Shown: piece by piece, positions 40,440 through 51,972 of the stretch
How positions within the stretch are numbered: position 1 is the first letter of the stretch
Layout: every line of letters starts with the position of its first letter
Assembly: GCA_964188305.1 (NCBI GenBank)
Contig: OZ076890.1
Direction: 5' to 3' (one strand)
Source: Podarcis bocagei
Lineage: Eukaryota
Length of the DNA: 64,000 nt
Made by a program: the position numbers and the translations under genes
The notes under the pieces: generated by a model
What the model saw: only the letters and a program-made list of their open reading frames with translations
Told to the model about the DNA's origin: nothing
The model's database searches: none

Positions 40440-41058
40440 AAGCTCTCCAATCAAAGTTATTAAAGCAAATTTTCTCTGTACCACCCTGTGCCCCAAATGC
40501 ATCATTGTGCCTAGAGACTAATCTTTCCTCGGTAGAATTACGGATGTGGCGTAGGACACTTAACTACTGGCTTCACCTAAACTCAAATCCCCCTGGTCTC
40601 ATATCCCCAGTGCTGCAAGATAGACAATTTTAGTCCTGGCTCTCTTGTGACAATCAAAAACTTCACTCTTGTGGCTTATCACCACAACAGCTACTCACTT
40701 TGGGTTTTAGTAAAGCAAACAGTCTAATTTGTCAGTGTCTACATGATATCGAGCGTCAGAACAAATTGGCCACAATAAGTAAATTTTGCCCATGGTATGA
40801 CTATTTTCTACCTTCTCATTTCGACTCTCTGGCACCCTATCTGCATAACCTAGCAATTCTAAAATATAGACACACTTTTACTCTCACAAGATTGAATGTA
40901 TCGCCCTTGGCTGCACTTGAGGGATGATTCCAACAGATTCCACACAAAAAACGCTTATGTCCCTATGGAGATGGCAGTACCAAATCGGTGGTGCATGCCC
41001 TTCTGGCTTGCACTCTTTATAAAGACTTGAGGAATGAGATTATCACCCCTCTTTAATT
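40440..41058 (+). mobile_element. Degraded non-LTR retrotransposon ORF2 C-terminus (RTE-X-like)
   Basis: Translates ...APNASLCLET...NYWLHL...APYLHNL...RHTFTLTRLNVSP...FQQIPHKKRLCPYGDG...VVHALLACTLYKDLR, a decayed C-terminal CCHC knuckle. The clade assignment is an inference. Confidence 0.65.
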
Positions 41059-41103
41059 GTCCATTGCAGGCTCTGGTGCCAGTGTCTGTGTTAAGTCTTT
41101 ATC

Positions 41104-41529
41104 TGCAATAAACCCAGATGCCAACTTTGCTGCCACATACACCCGGACAACACCATTACTGGCCCCAACAACATCACACATACCATCTCGGGACTATTTA
41201 ATTGCTCATCGTCTAACATTGTGTATGCCATCAAATGCCAACAGTGTCCTTCAGTTCTCTATATTGGACAAACAGGCCAAACCTTACGCCAAAGAATAAA
41301 TGGACATAAATCTGACATCAAGAATCACAAAACAGAGAAACCAGTAGGAGAACACTTCAATCTCCCAGGACATTCTATACAAGATCTCAAAGTAGCTGTT
41401 TTACTACAAAGGAATTTCAGAAATAGACTGGAAAGAGAAGCTGCTGAATTGCAACTTATTACCAAACTCAAAACCATGGAGAGACCTGGTTTGAACAAAG
41501 ACATTGGATTCTTATCTCATTATACATGA
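41104..41529 (+). pseudogene. GIY-YIG endonuclease domain of the truncated PLE (no RT, no start codon)
   Basis: VY-x-IxC...YIGQT...R...H...H...E...GLN motifs in an uninterrupted 141-codon frame. Confidence 0.9.
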
Positions 41530-41709
41530 CTAAGCCATTTTTCACCTTCTCACCCCTTGCCTTTTCCTGGAAGACCTATTGCAGTCATTAAGAGTCGTCA
41601 ACAGGCTCATCTCAGCTATCTGCCAATCTCCCATTCCCACCACCCTTCTGAGTAATACCCCTCCCCACCTTCTCACTATATAGAAGGATCTGGCAACTTC
41701 TGTTTCAGT

Positions 41710-41747
41710 GTATCTGAAGAAGTGTGCATGCACACGAAAGCTCATAC
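41710..41747 (+). ncRNA. Minimal type-I hammerhead ribozyme motif of the PLE pseudo-LTR
   Basis: GUAU-CUGAAGA-A-GUGUG(CAUG)CACAC-GAAA-GC-UC-AUAC: helix I GUAU/AUAC, conserved CUGANGA and GAAA boxes, helix II hairpin, palindromic AGCU helix III, and a predicted UH cleavage after C41743. Confidence 0.8.
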
Positions 41748-42972
41748 CAAGAACTAACTTAGTTGGTCTTTAAGGTGCTACTGGAAGGAATTTTTTTTAT
41801 TTAGAGAAGGCCTAGGTTTCAACAAATAGATCTGCTACCATTGCTCCTCATTTGGCCCTGGAATACTGTCAAAATAGTATAATTATATGCATATATTTAC
41901 TCCGTAGTGTTATGTGACCAAATGAATTGGGAATTAAATGAATTTACTAGGATATAAATATATGTTTTTAGGCCAGGAAGCAAAAGTAATTTACTAAAGT
42001 AGATACTCAGTATTTAAAATGTACTGCTTTCTCTTCAGCTATTGATTTGTAATTATAAGTTAACAAGAGCCCTGCAGCAAATGATTTAACTGGTAAGTTA
42101 ACAATCAATAAGTGCAACAAGTTTCTTCAAGCTACCTCCAAACTCTTTGGACTCTCTAGTTTAGGATGGGAAACTCCTTCGTTTTTGTGAGGAAAATAAT
42201 ATTGGTTAGGGATGAGTTATATAATGGAGAGAAGGAGAAGACTTGGAGCATCTTTTGTCAAGATCTTTCCTCCAGTTATTGCATCTGTTGCAGAGGAACT
42301 GTGTTTATTCAACACACAAACATTCATCCTCTTGATTACATTGTGTCTAGTTTCTTATCCTTCTTTTGTTGTCTCTTCCGAGTTGAATTTTAGATTATAA
42401 ACTCCATAGGGCAGGGATATGTCTTTTGTACTTTGTAAACCATCATGGCATGTTGATTTATCACTAGGAAAAAAGCAATTTCTTCCCCGCATTTGGTCAT
42501 CTACTTTTTGGGGAATATTGTATGGAATGTGTTTCTGCAAGTCTCTTAGTATCTACTGATGTCATGGGTGGCAACTTTTCCGGCCACATCTGGGCAATCT
42601 TATTTAAATACATTTAGAAATACGTTAAATTCTCACTTTTCTTCAGAGGCTAATGACTCTCCTGCACTGCATAGCAGTGTTATTTGGGGGGTGGGGAGAG
42701 TGACCATACTTAGTGAGAAATGTTCTGTCACATAGAAACACCCTGCATTTTATGAAATGTTTTTTTTTCTCCTTTTCTTTTCGTGTTCCTTTTTTCTATC
42801 ACACATTCCCTTTAAATCCTGGAAACCATACCTCCCACAAAAACAAAGCAAACCAGATCCAAACAGAAAACTCTGCCACAGTCCAGCTTTGCTCTCTACT
42901 CTCCATTGCATCCAACCATCCTTTAATAATGCTTGATTGCTATACCGTTGGGTTGTGAAAGGGGAAAGTTAA

Positions 42973-42980
42973 TCTGTCTG

Positions 42981-43027
<47 letters not shown>
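42973..43027. repeat. (TCTG)n microsatellite
   Basis: Direct reading. Confidence 0.95.
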
Positions 43028-43028
<1 letters not shown>

Positions 43029-43636
43029 AGAACTGGTCTACCCTCAGTGGACCACTTTCAACAAGTGGGTAGGGTCATTATTTTCCAAAGGAATGATCTT
43101 TGCAGCCACACATCAAATCTAAACCGGGGCTGCCAAATTCCTACTAAAAGCGGATCTTGCATTTAGCATTGAAATTAAATTTAATCCACAGGGATTTGCT
43201 CCACTTGGGAGCTCTGCTAGGGAACTCCTGAGTGGAGCCAATTTAAGCAGGGCTTGCATCTGGTGCCAAATTGAAAAGGTTCCAATTGCAAGCCTTGCTT
43301 GCCAATGAATAACTGGAAGGGTACTTTAAGGATCCCGGATACATTTTGCAGCTGTAGTCATAGGATGTCAGGTGTGAAGCAGGTAGGCATGGCTTATGGA
43401 CTAAATTCAGACTCCTGGCAGGCTAAATTAGCCTGTGGGCCAGAGGTTCTTCATGCTTGGTGTACATCTTTGAAAATAACACACTGTTCGCCTGTTGCAG
43501 CAAAAACAACCAAGTTTCCCATGCCATTCTGCAGAACTAATACATAAATATTTGTATGCTTAGTTTAGTATAATAAATATGTTACCTTTTTAGGTGCCCT
43601 CCCTTTATCTGAAGAAAGTCTAAATGTTTGTAAGTA

Positions 43637-44170
43637 CCGTACTTTTCCGTCTATAAGATGCCCCCATGTATGACGTCCCCTATTTTGGGGGACTCAAATT
43701 TAAGAAAATGGAGGCAGATGGCTCAGGGTTGTTGAGCTTTTTGGGGAGGACTGCCCAGAGTTGTTGAGCCGCCCACTTCCCACAGTAACAGCCAATCACC
43801 AATAGACCATTCCCCACATCAAAATCACAGACCTGCCTGAGAAAAGACTCCCAGAACAGCAGCCGCCAATCGCGGCAGCAATAGCCAATCCACAGCAGTC
43901 GTTGCTGCAGAAACCAATCACCAATCCAATTAGAGCAGCAGCAGCCAATCCAAAGAAGCCCTTCTAGCAGCCAACAATCACCCCCCCAAGTCGTTGATGA
44001 CAAGCTCCTGCTTGTGCCTGCAGCCAATCACTCGCCCACCCCATTCACTATCCATGTATAAGACAAGGCACGTTTTTGAACATTAAAAAGGTAAAGGTAA
44101 AGGACCCCTGACAGTTATTTTACAGTAAAAAAAACCACCAACACCTCGTCTTATACACGGAAAAGTACGG
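43637..44170. mobile_element. TA-flanked MITE with CCGTA-type TIRs (Tc2/pogo-like)
   Basis: TA|ccgtacttttccgtctataaga ... tcttatacacggaaaagtacgg|TA; interior rich in repeated (cag)ccaatc motifs. Confidence 0.88.
44087..44117 (-). mobile_element. Extremely 5'-truncated Sauria SINE tail nested in the MITE
   Basis: aaaggtaaaggtaaaggacccctgac matches the SINE tail at about 2133-2152. Confidence 0.7.
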
Positions 44171-45726
44171 TATATGAGAAATAATCTTTCAAGTACTGCT
44201 GCATGTGAAACATTAGGATCAATTATGTGAAGGTGTGGCAGAAACAGCCATTTAGCACCCTACTGCTGCAGCTTACCTCTGGCGCATTCAGTATCTCACA
44301 CATTTCAAGAGAAATTGAATTCATCAATAACCTTCCATGTTTTCCTGTTCACATGAACATCTGTGCAGCTCAGGCAAACTTATAAATTAAAAGGGGCATT
44401 GCTATTGTAAAAATAAAGAGCTGAACAAAGTATGCTGTATTTTGTCCTTCGACAGCTCTTGCTTTGGGGGGGGGGGGTTTGAAACCACACCTGCAAAATT
44501 ATTGATAGACACCTTATTTTCTCTTGTAAGCTAGCAGCAATCATATTTCAACCTTTCAGAACAACAAAATTCTTTATGAATCACAGTAATTTCCTGACAA
44601 AATATCTAACCAGATTTCCAGACCACCTCCTTGTGCTATCAAGTAGTAATATCAAGTAAATATTGAAATCATTTTATTCTGCTGCTTCTTTGTGCTTTGT
44701 CAATCTAACTGAAACAGGGTAGTGTTGCTTTTTACAGAGAAATTGCTCACTTTTCTGTATTTTCATTTGAAACATCCTGAAAGGGTTGCTACGAAACAAT
44801 GATCAATATAGTTTTGACACACACTCACATGTAATAGTAATAATACAGTTTTATAAATTAGGTGTAAGTTATTTTTAACCCAACTGTATACTTTTAACCC
44901 AGCTGTATACTTCCAGTTACACAAAAGTAAATTCCACTGAGTTCACTGGTGCTCACAGCCAACTCAGCATGCAAAGCAGGGCAGCCTTGTATCATGAACA
45001 GGTTTTGCTTGTTTCATTAAACTCTATAATCCTAAACATGTTTACTTGGAAGAAAGCCACTGTGTTTAGTTCGCATATGTGCTTTAGTCACATGCAGACT
45101 GGTGTATTCCAATCAAATCCAGGTTAAATTCAGACTAAAAGCACAATCCCATACATGATTACTCAGAAGTAAATCCCAGTGAGTTCAGTGGGGCCTGCTC
45201 ACAGAAAGTGGTATAGGACTGCAGTCTACATTAGATAAACTGCAGTTAGGTCCCACTGAAATAAATGGGACAAGTTAGTGGTGGCTTAACTTAAGACACT
45301 TCAGTTGGAATGAAGTCCAACCTTACAATAATAAAATTTCACATTTTGACCCTATATTTTTAAGTGTACACTTGCAGATTTTGCTAAATATTTAGAAAAA
45401 GCTGAAACAAAATCCAATGCTTGCTTTATTTATAATTTTTTCCAAAATAAATAAATGCAAAAATAAAGCACTAATAATAATAATATAATTCGGTAGTGGC
45501 AATGTTTTATGATTATAAACAAAAAACACATATAATGGGAAGCTATGGATATGTTGATTGTTCACGAGCTTCTTTAAAAAAAGGATTTCACAGATTTATA
45601 TAACACAATTACTAAGGAAATTCCTTAAACTCTAACAAAACAATTTGTAATTTGTTATGATTTTTTCAATTATTAGAACTGAGCTTGAAGTATCAAAAAT
45701 CACATTTACTTGCTATGTTAGCTCAC

Positions 45727-45902
45727 CTCTTTTTTCTCTCTGCCAGTTGTTTGCAGAGTTCCTTCCACCGATAATTCAGGCTTCCCAGTTTCCCCTTCAA
45801 TACACTGGCATCGGCTATTGATGACTGCTCAATAATTTCCTCCCCAGCGATGTTCAGTGTTCTGACAACAGCTTGCTGTCTCCCAATGCCATCCTGGAGG
45901 TC
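45727..45902 (-). CDS. DMD: Dystrophin coding exon orthologous to human exon 45 (176 nt)
   Basis: Translates DLQDGIGRQQAVVRTLNIAGEEIIEQSSIADASVLKGKLGSLNYRWKELCKQLAERKK(R), recognisably homologous to human exon 45 (ELQDGIGQRQTVVRTLNATGEEIIQQSS...). Acceptor ttgcag|GAC, donor AG|gtgagc; 176 nt equals the human exon length. Confidence 0.97.
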
Positions 45903-46849
45903 CTGCAAGAAACCAAATAATCTGATAAAAATGGAGTACAATGACCAGATCAAAATGGGCTATGCCAAATGCAAGCATGGTAGAGAAAAACCTGCTTATA
46001 TAAATGTCGTGTGCACCTAATATCATGTTTAAAAGATGCTTGCCTGAATACAGTGTGCAGCATCTGCATGTTAGAAAAATGAACATCTAGACTGAAAAAT
46101 TGGGGTATAAAAGAGATCACTTATGTATGGGCCAGTTTGTGAGATTAAAGCACTTGTAAAGTGTGATGCTAATTCTGGATTAACTGTGCAAGTATGCCAT
46201 ATCTTAATGAAGCCTAAGTGAAACGACGAATACAATAACATCATGTGGCAGAATATTAAACTGATTTTAAAAACAGAGAAGGTGACCAGATAAAAAAGGG
46301 TTCATGGTATGGTAATATAAAAGCAGCTTATTTTTGTTGAAACACTTGGATTTAATGGGGGTGTACATGGTCCTTTTTATGACCTTATTTTGTTTATTAA
46401 TTGTTATTAGTGGACAATCACTTTTAGTTGTTATTTATTTTAAATGTATCTGTGTGAATTGCATTACTATGAATTGTATAATTTGTTTTCAAATTATGTA
46501 AACTTGCCTCAGATTTTTTTTAAAATCTATTGAACACTCAAGATAAATATTGTTAACGAGTGAATAAAACTTAAAATTTAAATGCTGCACAACATTAACT
46601 GATTTGGGCATAAATTCTGATTGCACATCACAAAGTAAATGGATAATCAAGCTTTAGAAGAAATAGCAAAACTTTTAGCTCTCTTTAGGCATTACTGCAA
46701 ATCTCTGAAAAGGGCACTTGAACTACACATGCAAGTCCTACTCCCAAGGTCCTTTTGTGCTATGGATGCAAAGATATGGAGGATTCTAAGCATGTTTGGC
46801 TGAGATTGCTTAGAAGTCTCCTCATGACTGGAAGCCCTAAAAAAACCAT

Positions 46850-47010
46850 GGTTAGAATCCCTCTACAACTACCCTGACAGATCAGAGAACTGAGGCCAAG
46901 AGACAATGGCTTGTCTGAGGCCATGCAATGAGCCCACGGCAGAGACAAGTTTCAAACAAGAAACTTCCTGATTTGTAGCTTAGTCTCCTAGCTTGTATGC
47001 TACAGCAGCT
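46850..47010 (-). mobile_element. Degraded CORE/MIR-like tRNA SINE
   Basis: ctacaactaccctg...aactgaggccaagagacaatggcttgtctgaggcc...tgagcccacggcagag resembles the reverse complement of a CORE-type SINE. Confidence 0.5.
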
Positions 47011-47114
47011 TTCAAAAGGCTTCATATAACTACATTTTGAAAGTTTTAAAAAATGGGAGCCTCCAATATTTGCCAACAGCTCTCTTGTGCCTGGAAGTAG
47101 TCTGTCTGTCTCTC

Positions 47115-47178
<64 letters not shown>
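47115..47178. repeat. (TAT)n microsatellite, about 21 units
   Basis: Direct reading. Confidence 0.95.
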
Positions 47179-49378
47179 TGCTTATAACAGTAAGAGGCAA
47201 GAGTCCTGCAATTGCCTTGATGTCTTTCTTACTTCAAGCCTTCAAAAGAGTTTGCAGTTTTAAAAATATCTTCACTGCAGTTCCCTCTTTGCTGATGTTA
47301 GTTCATTAGTCCTTTGCCTTGCTGAATTGACACTTCAGAAAGCAGTGTATCCTGTCAAAAAATGCTGCCTCTGAAAGAGCCAGTTCACTAAAGCATAAGG
47401 AATGGTGAAGTAGTGGCAATAGTGACAACTATATTAAAACAATATGAAACAAAGGTTTTAAATGCCGCTGTCTCCAGTACAGAAAAGGATAGGGTGGAAA
47501 TCATGAGTAAGCGACTCCTATACACACACACAACTATTTATTTTAAACATAGAGATAACATTGTTAGCATACATGATAAACTCGGTTAATGGAGATTCAT
47601 AGTCCCTTAAATCTGTGATTACAGTCTCAATTAAAATAGTACTAAAACTGCAACTATTATTTTCTTCCCTTTCAATGCACACCACTGTATGAAGTTGGGG
47701 AATCAATAGGGTTGCATGTCTTCCCCTGATTCTATCCTCTCAAAGGTCAGCTTTCAGACTCTCCAAGCTGTCTCAGTATTAAATCCAGCCCTGAATGCAG
47801 ACTGAAATGGCTCTAGAACAAAGGCAATAAACTGGATCTCCCCCCACCCCCCCACTCCTGGGTCAGGTTTGACAGGTGAGCAGGGACACTCACTTGATGT
47901 CATAATGTTTTTACCTTAAATAAAACCACGGGGTGCAAGCACACTGTGTGCAGCTCTTTGAAAGCCCTGGCAATTAGTTATTGCTGGTGAATGCATAGAG
48001 TTCCGTGTGATGCTTTGAAGACCCTACAATCAGCTGAACATCAGGCTTTGCAGGGAGTCCTGCATGTCATTTGAAACCTAATTTTCAGGGCTTAAAAGTG
48101 CTTCAGACCCCTTTTTCTCCCGCCATGTCTGTACTTTCTGATGTCAGGAGTAGAGTAAATGGGTATGGTTTTGCTTGGCCAAAATGGCCTTGCCAGATGA
48201 GGAAGTATGGCAGGACTATTTAGGTCTGCAGGCCAGATGTTTCCTACTGTGAGCTATATAATTTGCTTTATCTGGTTCCTGGAGTAGAACCAACACCGTC
48301 CTTCCAGGCACTTTACCTGAGAATTGTGGATGCCCAAAGGACATAGAGCTGAGTGTCATCCACACAGCACATAATGAAGGCACATAGCACAATTCTCCAG
48401 ATATGGGGTTTCATGTCAATTTTAAAAATCATAGAAAGCAAAATGGAATCTTATGGCAACAACAGTCATGTTTATGGGCTTTAAACTATGTTATACTACA
48501 CCTTTTCAGGTTTAGTACTCTTGGCACAAACTCTATAGTCTGAGGAATTAGAAGACAGCAGCAAATTAGAGCTTGCAATTGAAAAATGAGTGGGACTGTA
48601 CTTTTTTTTTTATAGAAAAGAATAGTGAAATTGGATGCCTGCCCGAACTATTTAATCAACATTACTTTTTTCTTCTTTGTTTGACAAAGGCTGAACTTTA
48701 AATGTTTAAATTACTTTTTATCACAGTGAGATGTTGCGGTTCACTGGTATATTTGTGGGTTTCTTTTCACATAAATATTTGTAAGGGGAATCCAAACTAG
48801 TATTCTAAGGAAGTGCTTTATATTGAGTTTTGAAAAAGAAGAAGCACATTATGCATTCAGTTAAACAGAACATTCGGATTACAGGATTTAGGTGATTTAT
48901 CCAGACATTGCTTTAATGTCCAGTTACAATTAAACATCTATGTAAATGATATAATATCAGCAGCAGCAGCAGCAAGTCTGTGAAAATTAATGCTTTTACA
49001 GTAACAAATAAATTCATAATGATAAAACAATTTACTGTAGTCTAAAACACTTTCAAGCACAGGGCAGTTTCTTATGACAAGTAAATCAAGCCAGTATAAA
49101 TTGCCTAACTTATACACAGCAGCCTAATACACAGCAACACTGCAGTGGTAAGGATGGAATTGAGATGTAAATTTCAAAAACAAAAGTAGACTGTCCGTAG
49201 GCAAGTTTCAGAGACCTTACACATGCAGGAGCTAATGTTTTTGTAAACCTTAATTCTGATCTGCAAATAATCCATGTGAGCATGTAGCAGTTGATTTAAG
49301 GTGAATGAATTACGCAGATGAGAAAGGGAAAGGGAAAGTTTTATTTTGACACATGATAATGTGTGATAAAGTGTGATA

Positions 49379-49528
49379 ATGGCACAATGGGTCAGTGCAT
49401 CTGGCTGTTAACCAGAAGCTTGGTGATTTGAGTTAACCCAGAGATGGCCGTGGGCAGGCTTCCTGCACTGCTGAGGGTCGGGCCTCTGGACCCCTTCCAA
49501 CTCTACAGTTCTATCATTCTATTATTCT
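49379..49528 (+). mobile_element. tRNA-Asn-derived SINE with CR1-type tail (Squam2-like)
   Basis: tggcacaatgggtcagtgcatctggctgttaaccagaagcttggtg...acccagagatg aligns by eye to tRNA-Asn(GTT); ends cccttccaactctacagttctatcattcta. Confidence 0.65.
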
Positions 49529-49744
49529 TCCATTTTCATTTCAAATTCAAAAGGAGGACATGAGTGGTAAAACTGCCAAAAGTAGTGCACATGTGATTCT
49601 CAAAATTGCATTTAAACAATATTAAATTAACACACTATGTTTGTATACAGAATGAACATACATTTTCTCCCCAAAAGAATCCTGGGAACTGTAGGTTATT
49701 AAGAGTGCTGGAAACTGTAGCTCTGTGCGCGGTATACTACAGTA

Positions 49745-50423
49745 CAGTCGTACCTTGGAAGTCGAACAGAATATGTTCAGAAGTCCGTTTGACTTCCAAA
49801 ACGTTTGGAAACCAAAGCGCAGCTTCTAACTGGCTGCAGGAAGCGCCTGCAGCCAATCGAAAGCTGCAGAAGCCCTGTCGGATGTTCGGCTTCCAAAAAT
49901 AGTTTGCAAACTGGAACAGTCACTTCCAGGTTTGCGGCGTTCGGGAGCCAAAACGTTCGAGAACTAAACCAAGTGTAATGTGTATGAGTTACTCGTGCGT
50001 AAACTGCCGCCTTTCTAGGCTTTATTGCCTTGGTTAAACCGTTCTGACTGCACAGCCCATCTCCGCGTGGCTGCCTCAGTCGCTAGCAGAATCTGTCTGT
50101 GGGCGTTTCTTAAACCTTTTCCAGCATAAAAGCTGTCTGACTCCCAGTCACCTCCTCCTCTCACTGCGCGGGAGTCTTCTGCGCAGGGAGGGTGTGGGTA
50201 GTGGAGGACCTGTGCTCTCCTCACTGATGTCCAGAGAAGAATCCCGGAGCTCTCCCTCCACTTCCCCCATTTGCCCCCCTTTATCCCTGGTGTTGCGCTG
50301 ATTTCCTTCCTCCTCTACCGAGCTGCTTCTCCCCCTGGTGCTGGGTCCTTCGCCTGCAGAATCTGGGAGCCTCCCCTTTGCCTCTCGCTCTGATGTCAGT
50401 TCCCTGACACCAAGGTACAACTG
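49745..50423. mobile_element. Tc1/mariner MITE family B copy 2, split by a solo LTR
   Basis: TA|cagtcgtaccttgg ... ccaag[LTR]ccaaggtacaactg|TA. Confidence 0.88.
49974..50409 (-). mobile_element. Solo LTR (436 bp), Gypsy/ERV-type
   Basis: TG...CA termini, perfect 5-bp TSD ccaag (49969-49973 and 50410-50414), minus-strand TGTCAGGGAACTG start and AATAAA. Confidence 0.9.
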
Positions 50424-51365
50424 TATATGTTCAGTGTGGTGTAACTACTTCCTTGTGACTGGATCCCATGTTGTGAGGCAGTGTAAAACATTTAATCACA
50501 TAGGTTGCTGAAATTACACAATTACTGTCCACAACAATGTCAACAAATTAGTGGGAGTTATAATCACATAATGTAGTGATGTTCTCATATTGAAGAAAAA
50601 ACAGAGGGAGCTGAAAGGGGCATTTTATAAGAGGGAAAGCTTGAGCTCACTCGTGGAGAATTCATGATTGCTGATGAGGAAATTCCTCACTACTTCATAC
50701 ATTTAAAATAATGCCCTGTGCCAAACCATCAGTTAAGCAACATAAGTGCAGGCAGCACATAGACACTGGCCGGGTAGCAGCTTATGAAACTACAATGTTA
50801 GACACACATTTTTAAATTACGACCATTTACAATGGCTAAAAGTGATCAAAATGATAACTTTTAATAGGGACAACTTACTTCCCTGTGGGAAACAAACAAA
50901 CAAAAAAGGCTCTGTAATGTTAATAGATACTGAGAGTAAACATTACTGGTTGATTTATAGGGATATAAATCTTCCATAATGCATTTAATTGCATAACATT
51001 GCATAGATGGAGTAGAAGGAGGGGAATTCTTCCTGATCACAGATGGTGATCAGTTTATACTGGAAACAGGATTGATAGTCCTTGTAATTTTACTTTAACT
51101 AATGTACTGTAACCACAGATGGCATTCTGATTCATATAAATATATAATTTCTCAGTGAAGCATAGCAAGTTTTTAAAGGACAGTTGCATGCATCATTTTG
51201 CATTTGTACAAAGAATTACCAGCTGATAAAAGCATATACAAACTGCCTGGTGGCTTACTCCTATCTGCTATATAAGGTTCTTTAGAACTATCTCTAATAG
51301 TCATTGTAAAACAAGTGAACGTGTAATGAAAAATAATGTCTGCTTTTATAAAATATATATGCCAT

Positions 51366-51367
<2 letters not shown>

Positions 51368-51408
<41 letters not shown>
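51368..51408. repeat. (AAT)n microsatellite
   Basis: Direct reading. Confidence 0.95.
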
Positions 51409-51411
<3 letters not shown>

Positions 51412-51972
51412 TCATATACAGTTAAGATTATTGTAACAGCTCTACATAGAAATAGATTTCCCTAAGTCCATTTGTTTACCTACAGCAAAAGGTTGTATGA
51501 ACAAAACCTAGCAATGTTTAGATGTTTGATATTAAGCCATTATATCTCTTCCTTGGTTGACTTCCAGAATTGTCACAGTGGCTTCAATTCACAAGGAGTC
51601 GGGCAGTTCAAGTATGCAGGTATCCCCATTGTATTCTGTATGTTGGGTAATATTTGGTATACCCAATGGATATGACATTCCTCTCCCTCACAACATAAAA
51701 GAGGGCAGTTCTGTGCACTTTGATGTTCTTGTGAGCCTCAGAACTCCATGCAGCTCTGGATTATGTCTAGTTTAGTGCACATGAATTATGAATAAGATAT
51801 TTTAAAATATACAGAAACAAAATTTTATGTTCTGACATTCGTTTGGGGGAAATAGGAATACACATTTTTATGGGCATTAATGTTAATAAATTGGTTGTAA
51901 AAGCAAAAGCATGCCCACGCAAGCCCCTATTGTCAAACATGGTAATTGACAGGCTGTTAGGTGTACAATTAA

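Larger units (their letters stand above)
41063..41802 (+). mobile_element. 5'-truncated Penelope-like retroelement (Neptune-like) with 5' inversion and pseudo-LTR
   Basis: Open frame 41104-41529: CNKPRCQLCCHI...NCSSSNIVYAIKCQQCPSVLYIGQTGQTLRQRINGH...VGEHFNLPGHS...REAAELQLI...GLN (GIY-YIG endonuclease), followed by a typical PLE tail ending ttagttggtctttaaggtgctac. Confidence 0.93.

Noticed and set aside
1587-45902. Alternative identity as utrophin or DRP2
   Set aside because: Exon lengths (176/148/150/102/109) and peptides match dystrophin exons 45-50, including the R19 region that utrophin lacks.
49379-49450. Functional tRNA-Asn gene
   Set aside because: The B box and stems are mutated and it is fused to a CR1-type tail, so it is a SINE relic.
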